Of a stretch of 64,000 bases of DNA, positions 36,099 to 46,757 are shown one piece after another; position 1 is the first letter of the stretch; the number at the start of each line of letters is the position of its first letter. Location: positions 1 through 64,000 of the forward strand of contig JBBDMM010000016.1 of the NCBI GenBank assembly GCA_040878325.1, read 5' to 3'. A program made the position numbers and the translations under genes. The DNA comes from Acidimicrobiia bacterium (GTDB taxonomy: Bacteria > Actinomycetota > Acidimicrobiia > Spongiisociales > UBA11373). Below the pieces are notes generated by a model that worked only from the letters and a program-made list of their open reading frames with translations, had not been told where the DNA came from and made no database searches.

Positions 36099-38015
36099 TT
36101 ATGTTGACACATCGAGGTATCGACGGTGCCAGTCGATGATCGCATCGAACCGCTCCCGCCGGTACTTGGGTTTGCCCGAACGCGAGAGCTCGTGACTGCT
36201 CTCGGGGAATCGCAGCATCTCGGCCTCCACTCCGTTGTCGACCAGGACGGCGAACAGCTGCTCGCCCTGCTCGATGGGACAGCGAAAGTCGTTCTCGGAA
36301 TGGATCACGAGGCACGGAGTGGTGATCTGATGTGCCCGCGAGAGCGGGCTCGCCTCCCACAGCGCGGTCCAGTCGTCGTACTTCCATTGACCCAGGTACA
36401 TCCGGGGAAACCGGAAGCCGATGTCTGATGTGCCGGCGAACGAAGTGAACGAGTAGAGACCCCGCTCGGGCACCGCACTGCGGAATCGGTCGTCGACCGC
36501 CACGATGCGGGCGGTGAGAAACCCGCCGTACGAGCCGCCCATCACCCCCATTCGCTCGGGATCGAGCCGGTCGAACCGAGCGACCGCGGCATCGAGCACC
36601 GCCAGCACGTCCTCGAGGTCCGGCGGGCGGTCCTCACCCCAGCGCCCCACCGGTGTGCGCACGAACTCGGTGCCCCGGCCGCTGGAGCCACGCGGATTGC
36701 ACGCCACCACCGCAAACCCCGCCGCGGCGTACTCCTGAAACTCGTCGAAGAAGCCCCACCCGTACTGGGTGGCGGGGCCGCCGTGGATGTTGAGGAGTAC
36801 GGGAACGGGACCATCACCCTCCGGGAGAAACACCCACCCATCGAGCTCTCCACCGTCGTGTTCCACGACGATGTGCTCAGGGGCGATCAGCCCGTCACGA
36901 AACTCGTCGTTGATCGAGGTGACCGTCCGCTCTTCGCCGTCCTCGAACCAGCGGAGCTCGCCCGGGTCGGTCGCCGAAGTGGAGATGAGCACCATCGCCG
37001 AGCCGTCGGGGCGAGTGGTCATCCCGGTGATCGCCCGCTCGCCTCCGGCAACGTCTGTCCACGAGCCATCGGGCCTGACTTCGATCACCCGATTGACCGC
37101 ACGATCTTCTACGACGATGCGGCACGAGCCGTCGGCCAGCCACTGCGGTCCCCCAGGTGCCACCGCCGGCGCCGGCGGCGCGAACGACCGGTCGAGGCCT
37201 TCGGCGAGTTCGACGAGCCCGTCGCCCTCCACCCGATACAGCGCCGCCACGCCCGGGTAGCTCCACAGGTCGGGCATCCCGATCAGGTGGACCGCACCGT
37301 CGGGCCGGTAGTGGACCGAGGTCCAGTTCCCGACGTCGACCAGGGGCCGGGGGTCGCCGCCGGCGACATCGACTTCCCATGCTTGCGAGCCGGTGTCGAT
37401 GAACGCCCGCTGGTGGCGAGGGCTCATGAATGCGATCGCCGACCCGTCCGGACGCCATACCAGGCCGCCGTCGAGGAAGTCGGTCTCCGTCAGGGCCCGG
37501 GGCTCGCCCGCGAATGGATCCACCAGGTAGATGTTGCGCCGGCGGTCGTGAAGCCAGCCCTGGGTGTCGAACCGGTAACCGGCGCCGCCGATCCGCCGGG
37601 GCCGGCGCTTGCGGCCGTCGTCGTCGAGTTCGGCCCACCCCGATCGCCACTCGATGCCCGCCACCGCCAGCATCGACCCGTCGGGTGACCACTCGGCCTC
37701 GGCCGCCCCGAGAGCGAACGAAGTGCGCACGGTCGCCTCGCCCCCAGCCGCGGCCATCACGGCCACCTGCGCCTTGTCGCCCTCCTTCGCGGAGGTCCTG
37801 AGAAAGGCGAGGTGGGATCCATCCGGTGACCACCGCGGCCGGACATCGCCCGGCCCGTGGGTGAAGCGTCGCGCCGCCTGCCCATCCCACAGCCAGATCT
37901 CACGGTCGTATCGGTCGTCCTCGAAGTTCATCCGCGACACCACGAAGGCGACGCGCTTCCCGTCGGCATAGATCTGAGGGTCGGACAGCGTGGCGAAGGA
38001 CAGCAGGTCGGTCAT
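36099..38015 (-). CDS. S9 family peptidase with WD40-like propeller
   Basis: WSPDG repeats, IHGGP, GGSYGG, HSENDFRCP, HELSRSG. Confidence 0.93.
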   Translation of the reverse strand: MTDLLSFATLSDPQIYADGKRVAFVVSRMNFEDDRYDREIWLWDGQAARRFTHGPGDVRPRWSPDGSHLAFLRTSAKEGDKAQVAVMAAAGGEATVRTSFALGAAEAEWSPDGSMLAVAGIEWRSGWAELDDDGRKRRPRRIGGAGYRFDTQGWLHDRRRNIYLVDPFAGEPRALTETDFLDGGLVWRPDGSAIAFMSPRHQRAFIDTGSQAWEVDVAGGDPRPLVDVGNWTSVHYRPDGAVHLIGMPDLWSYPGVAALYRVEGDGLVELAEGLDRSFAPPAPAVAPGGPQWLADGSCRIVVEDRAVNRVIEVRPDGSWTDVAGGERAITGMTTRPDGSAMVLISTSATDPGELRWFEDGEERTVTSINDEFRDGLIAPEHIVVEHDGGELDGWVFLPEGDGPVPVLLNIHGGPATQYGWGFFDEFQEYAAAGFAVVACNPRGSSGRGTEFVRTPVGRWGEDRPPDLEDVLAVLDAAVARFDRLDPERMGVMGGSYGGFLTARIVAVDDRFRSAVPERGLYSFTSFAGTSDIGFRFPRMYLGQWKYDDWTALWEASPLSRAHQITTPCLVIHSENDFRCPIEQGEQLFAVLVDNGVEAEMLRFPESSHELSRSGKPKYRRERFDAIIDWHRRYLDVST

Positions 38016-38030
38016 CGACAGCGCAGGCTA

Positions 38031-38080
38031 ATCAAGAGGCAAGAGCCAAGAGCCAAGAATCAAGAGTCTTGACTCTTGGG
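38031..38080. repeat. Heptamer array (CAAGAGN)n with short inverted counterpart
   Basis: caagagg caagagc caagagc caagaat caagagt cttgact cttgg. Confidence 0.8.
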
Positions 38081-38083
38081 TTC

Positions 38084-39853
38084 TCAGACTGTCGTCGTGC
38101 CTGCGGCCCAGTCGGCGTAGAGGCCGGCGTAGACGCCGTCTGCCGCCATGAGCTCGCGGTGGGTGCCCCGTTCCACCAGGCGGCCGCGATCGAAGACCAG
38201 AACATGTTCGGCGCCTTCGGCGGTGGCGAGTCGGTGGGCGATCGTGATCGAAGTTCGGCCCAAGGTGAGCCGCCCGATGGCTCGCCGCAGCCTGACATCC
38301 AGCGCCGGATCGACCGCCGAAGTGGCCTCGTCGAGGACGAGCACGTCGGGATTGGAGATCCACGCTCGCGCCAGGGCCACCAGCTGGCGCTCGCCCGCCG
38401 ACAGGCTCGACCCGCGCTCGCCCACCTTGGTGACTATCCCCGCGGGGAAGGATGCGACCCAGTCGTCGAGCTCCAGCTCGCGCAACGCGGCCATGACGGC
38501 GTCGTCGGACGCGGCGGGATCGCCGTAACGGACGTTGTCGGCGATGGTGCCGGTGAACAGGAAGCCCTCCTGGGGGACGAAGGCGACCCGCGACCGAAGG
38601 CTGGCGTTTCTCGCCTGCTTGAGATCGACACCCCCGATGGCGACCACCCCTCGATCGGGATCGAGCAGCCTGGTGAGCAGCTTGGCGAACGTCGTCTTGC
38701 CCGAGCCGGTTTGGCCGACGACGGCGATACGGCTTCCGGGGGCGATCTCCACCGTCACGTCGGACAGGATCTCCGGGCCCTCTCGATAGGAGAACCCCAC
38801 GTCCCGAAACGACACGCCCAACGAACCCGCTGGGAGATCTACGGGATGCTCGGCTTCGGGAATCTCAACCGGTGCGTCGAGTGTCTCGACGATGCGCCGC
38901 AGACCGGAGGCGGCGCTCTGGGCAAAGTCGAGGATCTCGACGAGCGTCTGGATCGGCCCGATGAGCAGATTGACGAGGAACAAGAAGGCCAGGAGCACGC
39001 CCGCCGACACCCCGTTCGCCGGTCCCAAGAGCAAGCCCATCGCCACGACCGTGGCGGTGAGCGCGGCGGCAAACAGCTCGGCCGTGGCAAACAGCACGTT
39101 GCCGAAATGGGCGGCCTTGAACTCGGCGCGGAACCGAGCCTCGAGCACCTCATCCACCCGGCGCATGGTCACCACTTCAGCGCCATGAGCGCGTACCTCC
39201 GGCAGGGCGTTCACCGCTTCGCCCATCACGGCGAGGCTGTCGGCGACCCGCTCCCTCACCCGGTCGTACCGGCGGCGAAGGATCCGCTGGAACCAGAGCA
39301 GGCTGGCCGCATAGACCACCGTGCCTGCCGCCACCACGGCCGCCAGGCGCCATTCGTAGAGGGCCATCACGGTGAGCGCCGCCGCCACCTGGGTGCCATT
39401 GACGAGGAACATCACCCCGCCCCACTCCATGAAATCCTGCAGGGTCGATACGTCGGAGGTGACCCGTGACACCAGCGCCCCGCGTCGATCAGACTCCACG
39501 TGGAGGACGGACCGTCGCATCAAGTGCGAAAAGACCTTCACCCTCAACTCGCTGAGACCCATCGATGCCTGGCGGACCAGCCGGATCAGCCCGAACCGCG
39601 TCATCACCGCGCCGACGACCCCCAGGGTGAGACCGATGGCGACCGACCTCGCCACCCCGCCCACATCCACCTGGTCGCCCGAGATGTGGTTGTCGAGCGT
39701 CTGCTGAATGATCACCGGGATGAGAATCTGCACCGCGGTACCGCCGAGGTTGAGCAAGAGCACCACCCAGAGGCGTCGAGCGACGATCGGCACCTCGGCC
39801 ACCGCGCGGCGCATCGCCGAGTAGGTGGACATCGACTGCACGGAAGCCGTCAT
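38084..39853 (-). CDS. ABC exporter, fused permease/ATPase (heterodimer subunit 2)
   Basis: TMD plus GQTGSGKT, LSAGERQ, LDEATS, IAHR. Confidence 0.93.
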   Translation of the reverse strand: MTASVQSMSTYSAMRRAVAEVPIVARRLWVVLLLNLGGTAVQILIPVIIQQTLDNHISGDQVDVGGVARSVAIGLTLGVVGAVMTRFGLIRLVRQASMGLSELRVKVFSHLMRRSVLHVESDRRGALVSRVTSDVSTLQDFMEWGGVMFLVNGTQVAAALTVMALYEWRLAAVVAAGTVVYAASLLWFQRILRRRYDRVRERVADSLAVMGEAVNALPEVRAHGAEVVTMRRVDEVLEARFRAEFKAAHFGNVLFATAELFAAALTATVVAMGLLLGPANGVSAGVLLAFLFLVNLLIGPIQTLVEILDFAQSAASGLRRIVETLDAPVEIPEAEHPVDLPAGSLGVSFRDVGFSYREGPEILSDVTVEIAPGSRIAVVGQTGSGKTTFAKLLTRLLDPDRGVVAIGGVDLKQARNASLRSRVAFVPQEGFLFTGTIADNVRYGDPAASDDAVMAALRELELDDWVASFPAGIVTKVGERGSSLSAGERQLVALARAWISNPDVLVLDEATSAVDPALDVRLRRAIGRLTLGRTSITIAHRLATAEGAEHVLVFDRGRLVERGTHRELMAADGVYAGLYADWAAGTTTV

Positions 39854-41655
39854 GCCCCGCCCTCCCTGGTGCGGGCCGCCGCCTCGTGCTCGTACGCCTC
39901 GACGAGACGGGCGTATCCGGGCTGCTCGGCGAGGAGCATCTGGTGCGAGCCCTGGGCGATCACCCGGCCGTCGTCCACGAACACCACCTCATCGGCCAGC
40001 CGGATCGACGACGGGCGATAGGCGACGATGACGATGGTCGATGGCAACTCTGCCTCTCGCAGCCCTCGCAGGATCTCCGCCTCGACCGAAGGGTCGACCG
40101 CCGAGGTGGCGTCGTCGAGGATCAGCAACCGGGGGCGACGAACCAACGCCCGGGCGATGGCGATCCGTTGGCGCTGGCCCCCGGAGAGCGATGCGCCCCG
40201 TTCACCCAGCCGGGAGGCGTAGCCATCGGGGAGCTCCAGGATGAAGTCATGGGCTCCTGCCAGCCGGGCGGCTTCTTCCACCCGGTCGCGGGGGATGTCC
40301 ATCCCCATGGTGATGTTGCCCTCGGCGGTGTCGTCGAAGAGAAATGCGGTCTGGGCGACAAAGGCGACCTCGAGGGCGAGCTCGGATCGGGCGAAGTCGC
40401 GCAGGTCTCGCGTGTCGAGGTGGATGCGCCCGGTTCCCGGGTCCCAGAGGCGGGCAAGCAGAAGGGTCAAAGTGGTCTTGCCGGAACCGGTGGGGCCGAC
40501 CACCGCCACGGTCCGCCCCGCGGGGATGTCGACCACGACGTCGCTGAGGATCATCGCTCCCGGGTCGTACTGGAAGCTGACCGCCTGCGAGTCGATGGGG
40601 GCCGCCCCGGAGTCGAGGCGCGCGTCGAGGTCGCCGTAGACGACCCGCTCATCGGCCTCGAGCACAGCCTCGACCCGCCGCCACCCGGGGATGGCCGCCG
40701 CCAGGTCGAAAAGCACGAACGCGATCAACTGGATCGGGAATGCGAGAAGGGACAGCAGGTAGAGAGCGGTCACGATGTCGCCGGGGGTGATCGCCCCATC
40801 CTGCACTCGAACCGCACCCACCAGCAGCACCACGAGGCCGATCATCGGGATCAATACGACGATGATCGTGCGGAACGTCTCCCACTTGACGCCGAGGGTG
40901 ATCAGCATGTCCCGCAAGTCGTCGGAGGCCACCCGCATCCGCTCGGTCTCGTAGTCCTCCCTTCCCAGCGCCTTGACCGTCAGCGCCCCGTCAAAGCTCT
41001 CATGGGCGGTTCGGCTGACTTCACCGAACTGGCTCTGGATGCCCTCCCACGATGGGTACAGGGTGATGGCAGCGCGGACCTCGATCGAGACGACCAGAGC
41101 CATGCCGAGAAGGGCCACCACCCCTAGCCACACGTCGATGAGGGCCAGCAGTACGACGGTCCCGATTACGAGAAGCGAGACCCCAGTGGCGTAAGGCAAC
41201 GGGGCGAGGACACTGGTGGCGCGCTGGGTGTCGTTGTCAGCCACCGACAGGAGGTCGCCGACCGACTGCTTCCGGAACCAGGACAGCTCCAGCTCCAACT
41301 GGTGCGCCAGCAAACGCCGTCGCAGGTCCTGCTGGTTGCGGAGCTGCAGCCACCCGGCCGACGTGCGCCGCATCACGATGGCGCCGGCCTTCCAGATCGC
41401 AACGCCGAGAACGGCGAGCACCACCGGGAGCACCTTGCCCGAGGTCGATTCCCCATCGCGCAGCACGGGGAGGATGGCGGTGTCGGTGATCCAACCGATC
41501 ACTGCCGAAGAGGCGATGATCGATGCGGCGAACATCGCCGCGCCCGTCACCGCAGACGCGAACGCCCAGGGCCGAGCCTTGATGAAGCGAAATACGATTT
41601 TGAGCCCACCGCCCAGGACGTCCCGCGCGGTGGGCGGCCTTGCCTCAGAAGTCAC
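39850..41655 (-). CDS. ABC exporter, fused permease/ATPase (heterodimer subunit 1)
   Basis: TMD plus GPTGSGKT, LSGGQRQR, LDDATS, VAYR (degenerate site typical of heterodimers). Confidence 0.93.
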   Translation of the reverse strand: MTSEARPPTARDVLGGGLKIVFRFIKARPWAFASAVTGAAMFAASIIASSAVIGWITDTAILPVLRDGESTSGKVLPVVLAVLGVAIWKAGAIVMRRTSAGWLQLRNQQDLRRRLLAHQLELELSWFRKQSVGDLLSVADNDTQRATSVLAPLPYATGVSLLVIGTVVLLALIDVWLGVVALLGMALVVSIEVRAAITLYPSWEGIQSQFGEVSRTAHESFDGALTVKALGREDYETERMRVASDDLRDMLITLGVKWETFRTIIVVLIPMIGLVVLLVGAVRVQDGAITPGDIVTALYLLSLLAFPIQLIAFVLFDLAAAIPGWRRVEAVLEADERVVYGDLDARLDSGAAPIDSQAVSFQYDPGAMILSDVVVDIPAGRTVAVVGPTGSGKTTLTLLLARLWDPGTGRIHLDTRDLRDFARSELALEVAFVAQTAFLFDDTAEGNITMGMDIPRDRVEEAARLAGAHDFILELPDGYASRLGERGASLSGGQRQRIAIARALVRRPRLLILDDATSAVDPSVEAEILRGLREAELPSTIVIVAYRPSSIRLADEVVFVDDGRVIAQGSHQMLLAEQPGYARLVEAYEHEAAARTREGGA

Positions 41656-41745
41656 AAGTGGTCAGATTAGATGGTCCCTGCGACGGCCTTCTTCGGCTCC
41701 GCTCGGGGGGTGGGGTCGGGTCGCACCAGCCGGTAGCCTCGCGTC

Positions 41746-42201
41746 GTGCGTCGCATCATCGCCTCCACCCTCGGCCTCGGCTTCATCCCCCGTCGGCTGT
41801 GGGGTTCCGATTCGGGCGCGGGGACATTCGGAGCCGCCTTCGCCGCCGCCATCGGTTTGGGCCTGCTCGCGCTCGACGCACCCTGGTGGATGACCCTCGC
41901 CATCGCCGCGGCGCTGACCGGGCTCTCGCTCTGGGCGGCGGTGCCGTTCACCCGCGATGGGGACGACCCCGGCTGGGTCTGCATCGACGAGACGGCGGGG
42001 ACGATGCTTGCCCTGGTGGGGCTCGGAGGCATTCCGTGGGTGGTGGCCCTGGTCGTCGCCCGGCTCGCCGACATCTTCAAGGTGCTCCCCGGGGTGCGCA
42101 CCGCGGAACGGCTCCCCGGGTCGATCGGCGTCACGGCCGACGATGTGGTGGCGGGGCTATACGGTCTGGGGGCGGGTTCGGTCCTGGCGTCGCTGCTCTA
42201 G
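41746..42201 (+). CDS. pgpA: Phosphatidylglycerophosphatase A family
   Basis: GLGF, GTFG, DPGWVCIDETAG, RLADIFK, GVTADDVVAG. Confidence 0.85.
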   Translation: MRRIIASTLGLGFIPRRLWGSDSGAGTFGAAFAAAIGLGLLALDAPWWMTLAIAAALTGLSLWAAVPFTRDGDDPGWVCIDETAGTMLALVGLGGIPWVVALVVARLADIFKVLPGVRTAERLPGSIGVTADDVVAGLYGLGAGSVLASLL

Positions 42202-42238
42202 ACCCAAGTGCGCAACACGCCGGAGTGACACCGGCCAA

Positions 42239-42718
42239 TCAACTCGCCGCCCGCTTGACCAGTGCCCGGATCTTCGCTTCCTCGGCGGCACCCAGCTTCT
42301 TCAACGCGTAGGAGGTCGGCCACATCGCGCCCGCGTCGAGGTTCGCCTTGTCGCTGAAGCCGAGGGTGGCGTATCTCGACTTGAACTTCGACGCGCCCTG
42401 GAAGAAGCACACCACGTCGCCGTCGCGGGCGTATGCAGGCATGCCGTACCAGGTCCTCGGTGCAAGGGTGGGCGCGCTGGATTTGATGAGGGCATGGAGT
42501 CGCTTGGCCATGGTGCGATCCGTTGGTGGCATCTCGGCGATCTTGGCGAGCAAGTCGCTTTCGCCGTCGGCTCGTCCGGTCCCCTTGGCCCCCTTCAACT
42601 CCTGAGCGCGATCCCTCATCGCGGCCTGTTCTTCGGGCGAAAACCGCTGAGACTTCCCGCCGCCGGCGCCATCGACGGACCGCTTCTCGACCTTCTTCGC
42701 AGGCTTCTTCTGAGCCAT
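42239..42718 (-). CDS. DUF1801 (YdhG-like) domain protein
   Basis: [48 protein letters not shown]. Confidence 0.85.
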   Translation of the reverse strand: MAQKKPAKKVEKRSVDGAGGGKSQRFSPEEQAAMRDRAQELKGAKGTGRADGESDLLAKIAEMPPTDRTMAKRLHALIKSSAPTLAPRTWYGMPAYARDGDVVCFFQGASKFKSRYATLGFSDKANLDAGAMWPTSYALKKLGAAEEAKIRALVKRAAS

Positions 42719-42848
42719 CACCAACTCTCCTTCGTCAATCGACGCCGTCCCGGCCGGCATACCTCGGGGCCTTCATGACGAAACGGGCGGCCCTCCACGT
42801 CAACCTAGCGAAGCCTTGACTGACGCTCTCGCCCGCCCGCCAGAAAAC

Positions 42849-43619
42849 TCAGGGGACCCGGAATACCTGCTCGCCGAAGATCTCGTCATTCGCTCTCCGG
42901 AGCGCATCTCGGCCTTCCGGCGACAACAGCCACGCCACGAAGTCGCGAGCTTCTTCGGTTGCACCGGCGACCACGATCACGCCGTAGGGGTTGCGCAGCA
43001 GATCGCTCGCCGCCAGCTCCACCGGGGAAAGACTGAGCACGCCCGACGCAGCTAGATAGCTGCCTCGTTCGGCGAGGGTGAACGCTTCGCGCTGGTCGGC
43101 CACCTGGAGGGTCGGGCCCATCCCGAGGCCCGTCGCCGAATACCAGCCCCCCGCCGGCTCGATGGCTGCTTCGGCCCAGATGGCTCGCTCGGCTGCCTCC
43201 GTGCCGGACCCATCGCCGCGAGTCACGAATGGCCAGCCCTCGCCGGCGATGCGGATGAATGCCTCGGCCGGAGTCGATCCGGTCAAGGCGGTGGCCAGGG
43301 CCGGCGCGCCGATGAGGACAAAGTCGCTTACGGCGAACCGCGCCCATGACTCGGCCTGTCCGGCGGCGACGAACTCGGCCTCGGCCGCCGGATCGTGAGT
43401 GATCAGCACCTCGGCGGCGCCTTGCCCGCCGAGGTGCAGCACCCGCTGGGTCGAGTCGTCGACGATCGAGATCTCCACTCCACGGGTCTCCTCGTAGGCG
43501 GCGACGATGTGGGCAATGATCCCCGAGTCCGCCAGGGTGGTGCCTACGGCGAGGATCACTCGACTGTCCCCACCGCAGGCCGCCAGGATCAACACCAGGG
43601 CGAGGAATCTGCGGGTCAC
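42849..43619 (-). CDS. Tungstate-type ABC transporter substrate-binding lipoprotein (TupA-like)
   Basis: Lipobox LAAC; GTTLADSG, THDP, DFVLIG, FVTRGDGSGT, GMGPTL, LRNPY. Confidence 0.82.
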   Translation of the reverse strand: MTRRFLALVLILAACGGDSRVILAVGTTLADSGIIAHIVAAYEETRGVEISIVDDSTQRVLHLGGQGAAEVLITHDPAAEAEFVAAGQAESWARFAVSDFVLIGAPALATALTGSTPAEAFIRIAGEGWPFVTRGDGSGTEAAERAIWAEAAIEPAGGWYSATGLGMGPTLQVADQREAFTLAERGSYLAASGVLSLSPVELAASDLLRNPYGVIVVAGATEEARDFVAWLLSPEGRDALRRANDEIFGEQVFRVP

Positions 43620-44605
43620 CGGCCCACCACCCTGACCGCGGTGGCCTTGACCGTCAGCGTTACCTGGGCGCCGGCCTCGATGCCCATGGCGTCGGCCGAC
43701 CCCGGGGTCAACAACGCCATCACCGGGAATCCGGCGTCGACGACGATCTCCACCAGACGTCCGAGTCTGCGCACCTCGGCGACCCGCCCCACCCAACGGT
43801 TGCGAGCCGACCCGGCCGCACCATCCGCTCCCGAGAACACCGTCACCGTCTCTGCCCCGAACAGGACTACTGCATCTCCATCGACCTCACCGATCCCCCA
43901 GATCTCGGCGCCGCCGACATCGACCATCACCAGTGGTGGGTCGGCTGCCACCACCCGGCCGGGATGAGCATTGGCGACTCCGAGCACCCGCGCCACCACA
44001 TCGTCGACCGGGAGGCCGAGAACCTCGCGGATCGACCCGACCTGCCGGATTCGCCCGTCGACGATCACCGCCATCGAGTCGGCAAGCATCACTGCATCGT
44101 CGCGGTCGTGCGTCACGATCACCGCGGTTCGGCCAGTCAGTGCTCCCGACACCACCCGACCAACAGACTCGCGCTCGCGGGCATCTATGGCCGCCAGCGG
44201 CTCGTCGAGGAGCACGATCGACTCAGGCCGGGCCAACACCCCGGCGAGCCGCAACCGCTGACGTTCCCCACCGGACAGCGCCCGGGCCGGACCGTCGAGA
44301 TGTTCTGCCACCCCGAGCCGAGCCGCCAGGTCGACGGCGCGGGCCTGACCTGCTTCATCGAGCCCCAACCCGAGGTTGCGGCGCGCAGAACCGCGAAAGG
44401 CGTACGGCCGCTGCGGCAGGTACGCCACGGCCAGGTCGGGGCCTCCAGGAAGGGTGCCGGCCAAGAGCCGCAGCAGAGTGGTCTTCCCGGCTCCATTCGG
44501 CCCGAAGAGGGCGAGCGTGCTCCCTGCCGGCACGTCGAGGGACTCCACCTCCAGAATGAAGGCGCCCGATTCATGACGGAGCGATCTGATCGAGAGACCC
44601 GTCAT
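43616..44605 (-). CDS. Tungstate/molybdate ABC transporter ATPase with TOBE domain (TupC-like)
   Basis: GPNGAGKT, LSGGERQR, LLDEP, SARN...VKATAV TOBE. Confidence 0.88.
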   Translation of the reverse strand: MTGLSIRSLRHESGAFILEVESLDVPAGSTLALFGPNGAGKTTLLRLLAGTLPGGPDLAVAYLPQRPYAFRGSARRNLGLGLDEAGQARAVDLAARLGVAEHLDGPARALSGGERQRLRLAGVLARPESIVLLDEPLAAIDARERESVGRVVSGALTGRTAVIVTHDRDDAVMLADSMAVIVDGRIRQVGSIREVLGLPVDDVVARVLGVANAHPGRVVAADPPLVMVDVGGAEIWGIGEVDGDAVVLFGAETVTVFSGADGAAGSARNRWVGRVAEVRRLGRLVEIVVDAGFPVMALLTPGSADAMGIEAGAQVTLTVKATAVRVVGR

Positions 44606-44621
44606 GAGCCCCCGCGCCCCC

Positions 44622-46004
44622 TCAGCCGGTGCCGTCCCAAATCAACGTGTCGGGATGGAACTGACTCCACGCGAACCAGAACGATTGGGCCGCGGCGATG
44701 GGGGTGCCCTCGAAGTGGGCGACGAGCCCACCTGCCTCGACGGACAAGCCGACCCCGGCCAATTCGACCGGCTCTGCGCCCGCCAGCCGGACCAGCGCAA
44801 GGGCCACCGGGAAGGCGACCGCCGTCCCATCGGGGAGGGTCAATCCGAGTACCTGCTCCTGTACCGGCAGGCGCGGGTCGCGATCTCCAATCGGAAAGAT
44901 CGGGCCAAGGTCGTCGCGCCCTCCGAGCGGGTCGAGTGCATACCCGCGAGCGCTGCCCGCATCGGAAGCAACGATGGTGGTGTCCGGATGAGCGGACTTC
45001 CACTCGCCCCAGGTGGTGGTCACCAGGATGCCCTGGGTGAGTTCGATCCGCGCCTTCCAAAGCGGGCCGGCCACCGCCCTTCCGGTGAAGGTATCGAACA
45101 CCGACCCCGTCACCACGTCGTACATCACCTTGTTCGAACGGGACAGCAAGCCGCTGGTGCGAAGAGTCGGTGTCTCCCACGGGTCGGGCAGATCGTCCGT
45201 GAAATAGAGCACCGCCGACCCGCACAGCGTGCAGTAAGGGAGGGCAAAGCGGCGGCCGCCGACGGTGTCGTTCACCATCTCGTGGACCTCCATGATGTTG
45301 CGCGGATAGGCACGCGCCTCTCCCCCGATCACAACGCCAAATACGAACCGGTCGTCCGGATACCAATCGCCGCCGGCGGCGTCGGTCACCCGGGGATCGT
45401 CGAGGGCGGGGATGCAGCCGAGACACGAGGACGAGTCCCCGGGCGGGCGGTCGTCGATGAAGACGCCACCCCACGACAAGAGCCGATAGTCGATGTCCGA
45501 GTCCTCGGTGAAGAACCCCGCCCAACGCTCGTCGTGGCCCGTGAACACCGCCGCCTTGTACGCCACGTAGTTCGGTGGCGCCGGGATGTCCCACGCGATG
45601 AGGTGATCGACTGCCTCCACCCAGCCCACTCCGCCGGCGAGGCCCAGGCCGGTCAATTCCTCGAGGGCGCGCCGCGCCGCTCCCGCCTCCGGGTCGGCAA
45701 AGGCAAAGCGCATGAAGTCGGTGAGCAGCCAGGCGAGGCGAAGATCGGCTGAAGAACCGAGAGCCGCCAGATCGGCAGGGTCGGGCTCGGGCAACGCGGC
45801 CCACGCCCGGTCGAGCGCAGCCTGCACCTCCGGGTCGAGTGGCCCATCCACCACCGGCGGAGGCGGCGGAAACCCCTGCCCAAGCGGGATCGTCACGGAG
45901 GTCGGGGTGGTGGTAGGCGAGGAGTTCGCCGTCGGCGCGCCGGCGCACGCCGCTAGCACGACCGCGCCCACCGCCAGTGACGCGCCAAGACGCAAAGGGA
46001 TCAT
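44622..46004 (-). CDS. DUF3179 domain lipoprotein
   Basis: Lipobox LAAC; WGGV, CIPALDDP, RAYP.NIM..HEMVND, YCTLCGS, TSGLL..SNKVMYD, FWFAW.QFHPDT. Confidence 0.85.
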   Translation of the reverse strand: MIPLRLGASLAVGAVVLAACAGAPTANSSPTTTPTSVTIPLGQGFPPPPPVVDGPLDPEVQAALDRAWAALPEPDPADLAALGSSADLRLAWLLTDFMRFAFADPEAGAARRALEELTGLGLAGGVGWVEAVDHLIAWDIPAPPNYVAYKAAVFTGHDERWAGFFTEDSDIDYRLLSWGGVFIDDRPPGDSSSCLGCIPALDDPRVTDAAGGDWYPDDRFVFGVVIGGEARAYPRNIMEVHEMVNDTVGGRRFALPYCTLCGSAVLYFTDDLPDPWETPTLRTSGLLSRSNKVMYDVVTGSVFDTFTGRAVAGPLWKARIELTQGILVTTTWGEWKSAHPDTTIVASDAGSARGYALDPLGGRDDLGPIFPIGDRDPRLPVQEQVLGLTLPDGTAVAFPVALALVRLAGAEPVELAGVGLSVEAGGLVAHFEGTPIAAAQSFWFAWSQFHPDTLIWDGTG

Positions 46005-46055
46005 CAAAGCCAACAACGCTGCCCGGACCGGGGGGCGTTCCCCTCGCTGATGGAA

Positions 46056-46754
46056 TCATCGGGACGGATCCCGCAACTGGAACCACGTGAGAACGCCGTT
46101 GACGCTGAGGGCGATCAGCAGAAGGACGATGCCGAGGGCGAGGGCGGCCCCGAAGTCGGCCTGGCGAGACTCCTGGACGATCGCAGTGGTGAGCACGCGG
46201 GTCTCACCCTCGATGTTGCCCCCCACCACCAGCACTGCCCCCACCTCGGACACCACCCGGCCGAATGCGGCGGCAGCCGCCGCCATCAGCCCGGGCCAGG
46301 CTTCCCGGCCCAGCACCGCCCCCCTGGTCAGTGGCCCGAGGCGAAGCGCCCGGACCTGCTCGAACGACTCAGGGGCGAGTGCGCGCACCGCCCCGGAGGT
46401 GACTCCCGCCGCGATCGGTATCGCCAGGAGCGCCTGGGCGGCGATCATCGCCGCCGGCGTGAAGAGCAGCCCCCACGCTCCCAGCGGCCCATGGTTCCAC
46501 AGCAGAAGCAGAAGCAAGAGGCCTGCCAGAACAGGTGGCATCCCCATCCCGGTATTGACCAGGACCGTGAGCAGCCCGCGGCCCCTGAAACGCCCTGCAG
46601 CGAGGGCAATGCCCAGCGGGACTCCGATTGCCAATCCGATGGCGGTGGCGATACCCGCAACGAGCAGGGTGAGGCCGATTACTTCGCGTAGCTCGGATCC
46701 GAACGCTCCCAGAAGATCGAGCGCGTCGCCGAGGACCTCCCAGATGAACTCCAC
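46056..46754 (-). CDS. Tungstate ABC transporter permease (TupB-like)
   Basis: NTGMGMPPV.AGL, GPLG..GLLFTP, FGRVVSEVGA..VGGNI..ETRVLTTAI. Confidence 0.92.
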   Translation of the reverse strand: MEFIWEVLGDALDLLGAFGSELREVIGLTLLVAGIATAIGLAIGVPLGIALAAGRFRGRGLLTVLVNTGMGMPPVLAGLLLLLLLWNHGPLGAWGLLFTPAAMIAAQALLAIPIAAGVTSGAVRALAPESFEQVRALRLGPLTRGAVLGREAWPGLMAAAAAAFGRVVSEVGAVLVVGGNIEGETRVLTTAIVQESRQADFGAALALGIVLLLIALSVNGVLTWFQLRDPSR

Positions 46755-46757
46755 GGG

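Noticed and set aside
42202..42848. DUF1801 gene as another cassette bounded by the 30-bp element
   Set aside because: Only a short GTGACA match in the flank; no alignable copy of the element.
44622..46004. Second selenoprotein in the DUF3179 gene
   Set aside because: The frame is uninterrupted with Cys codons and has no in-frame TGA.
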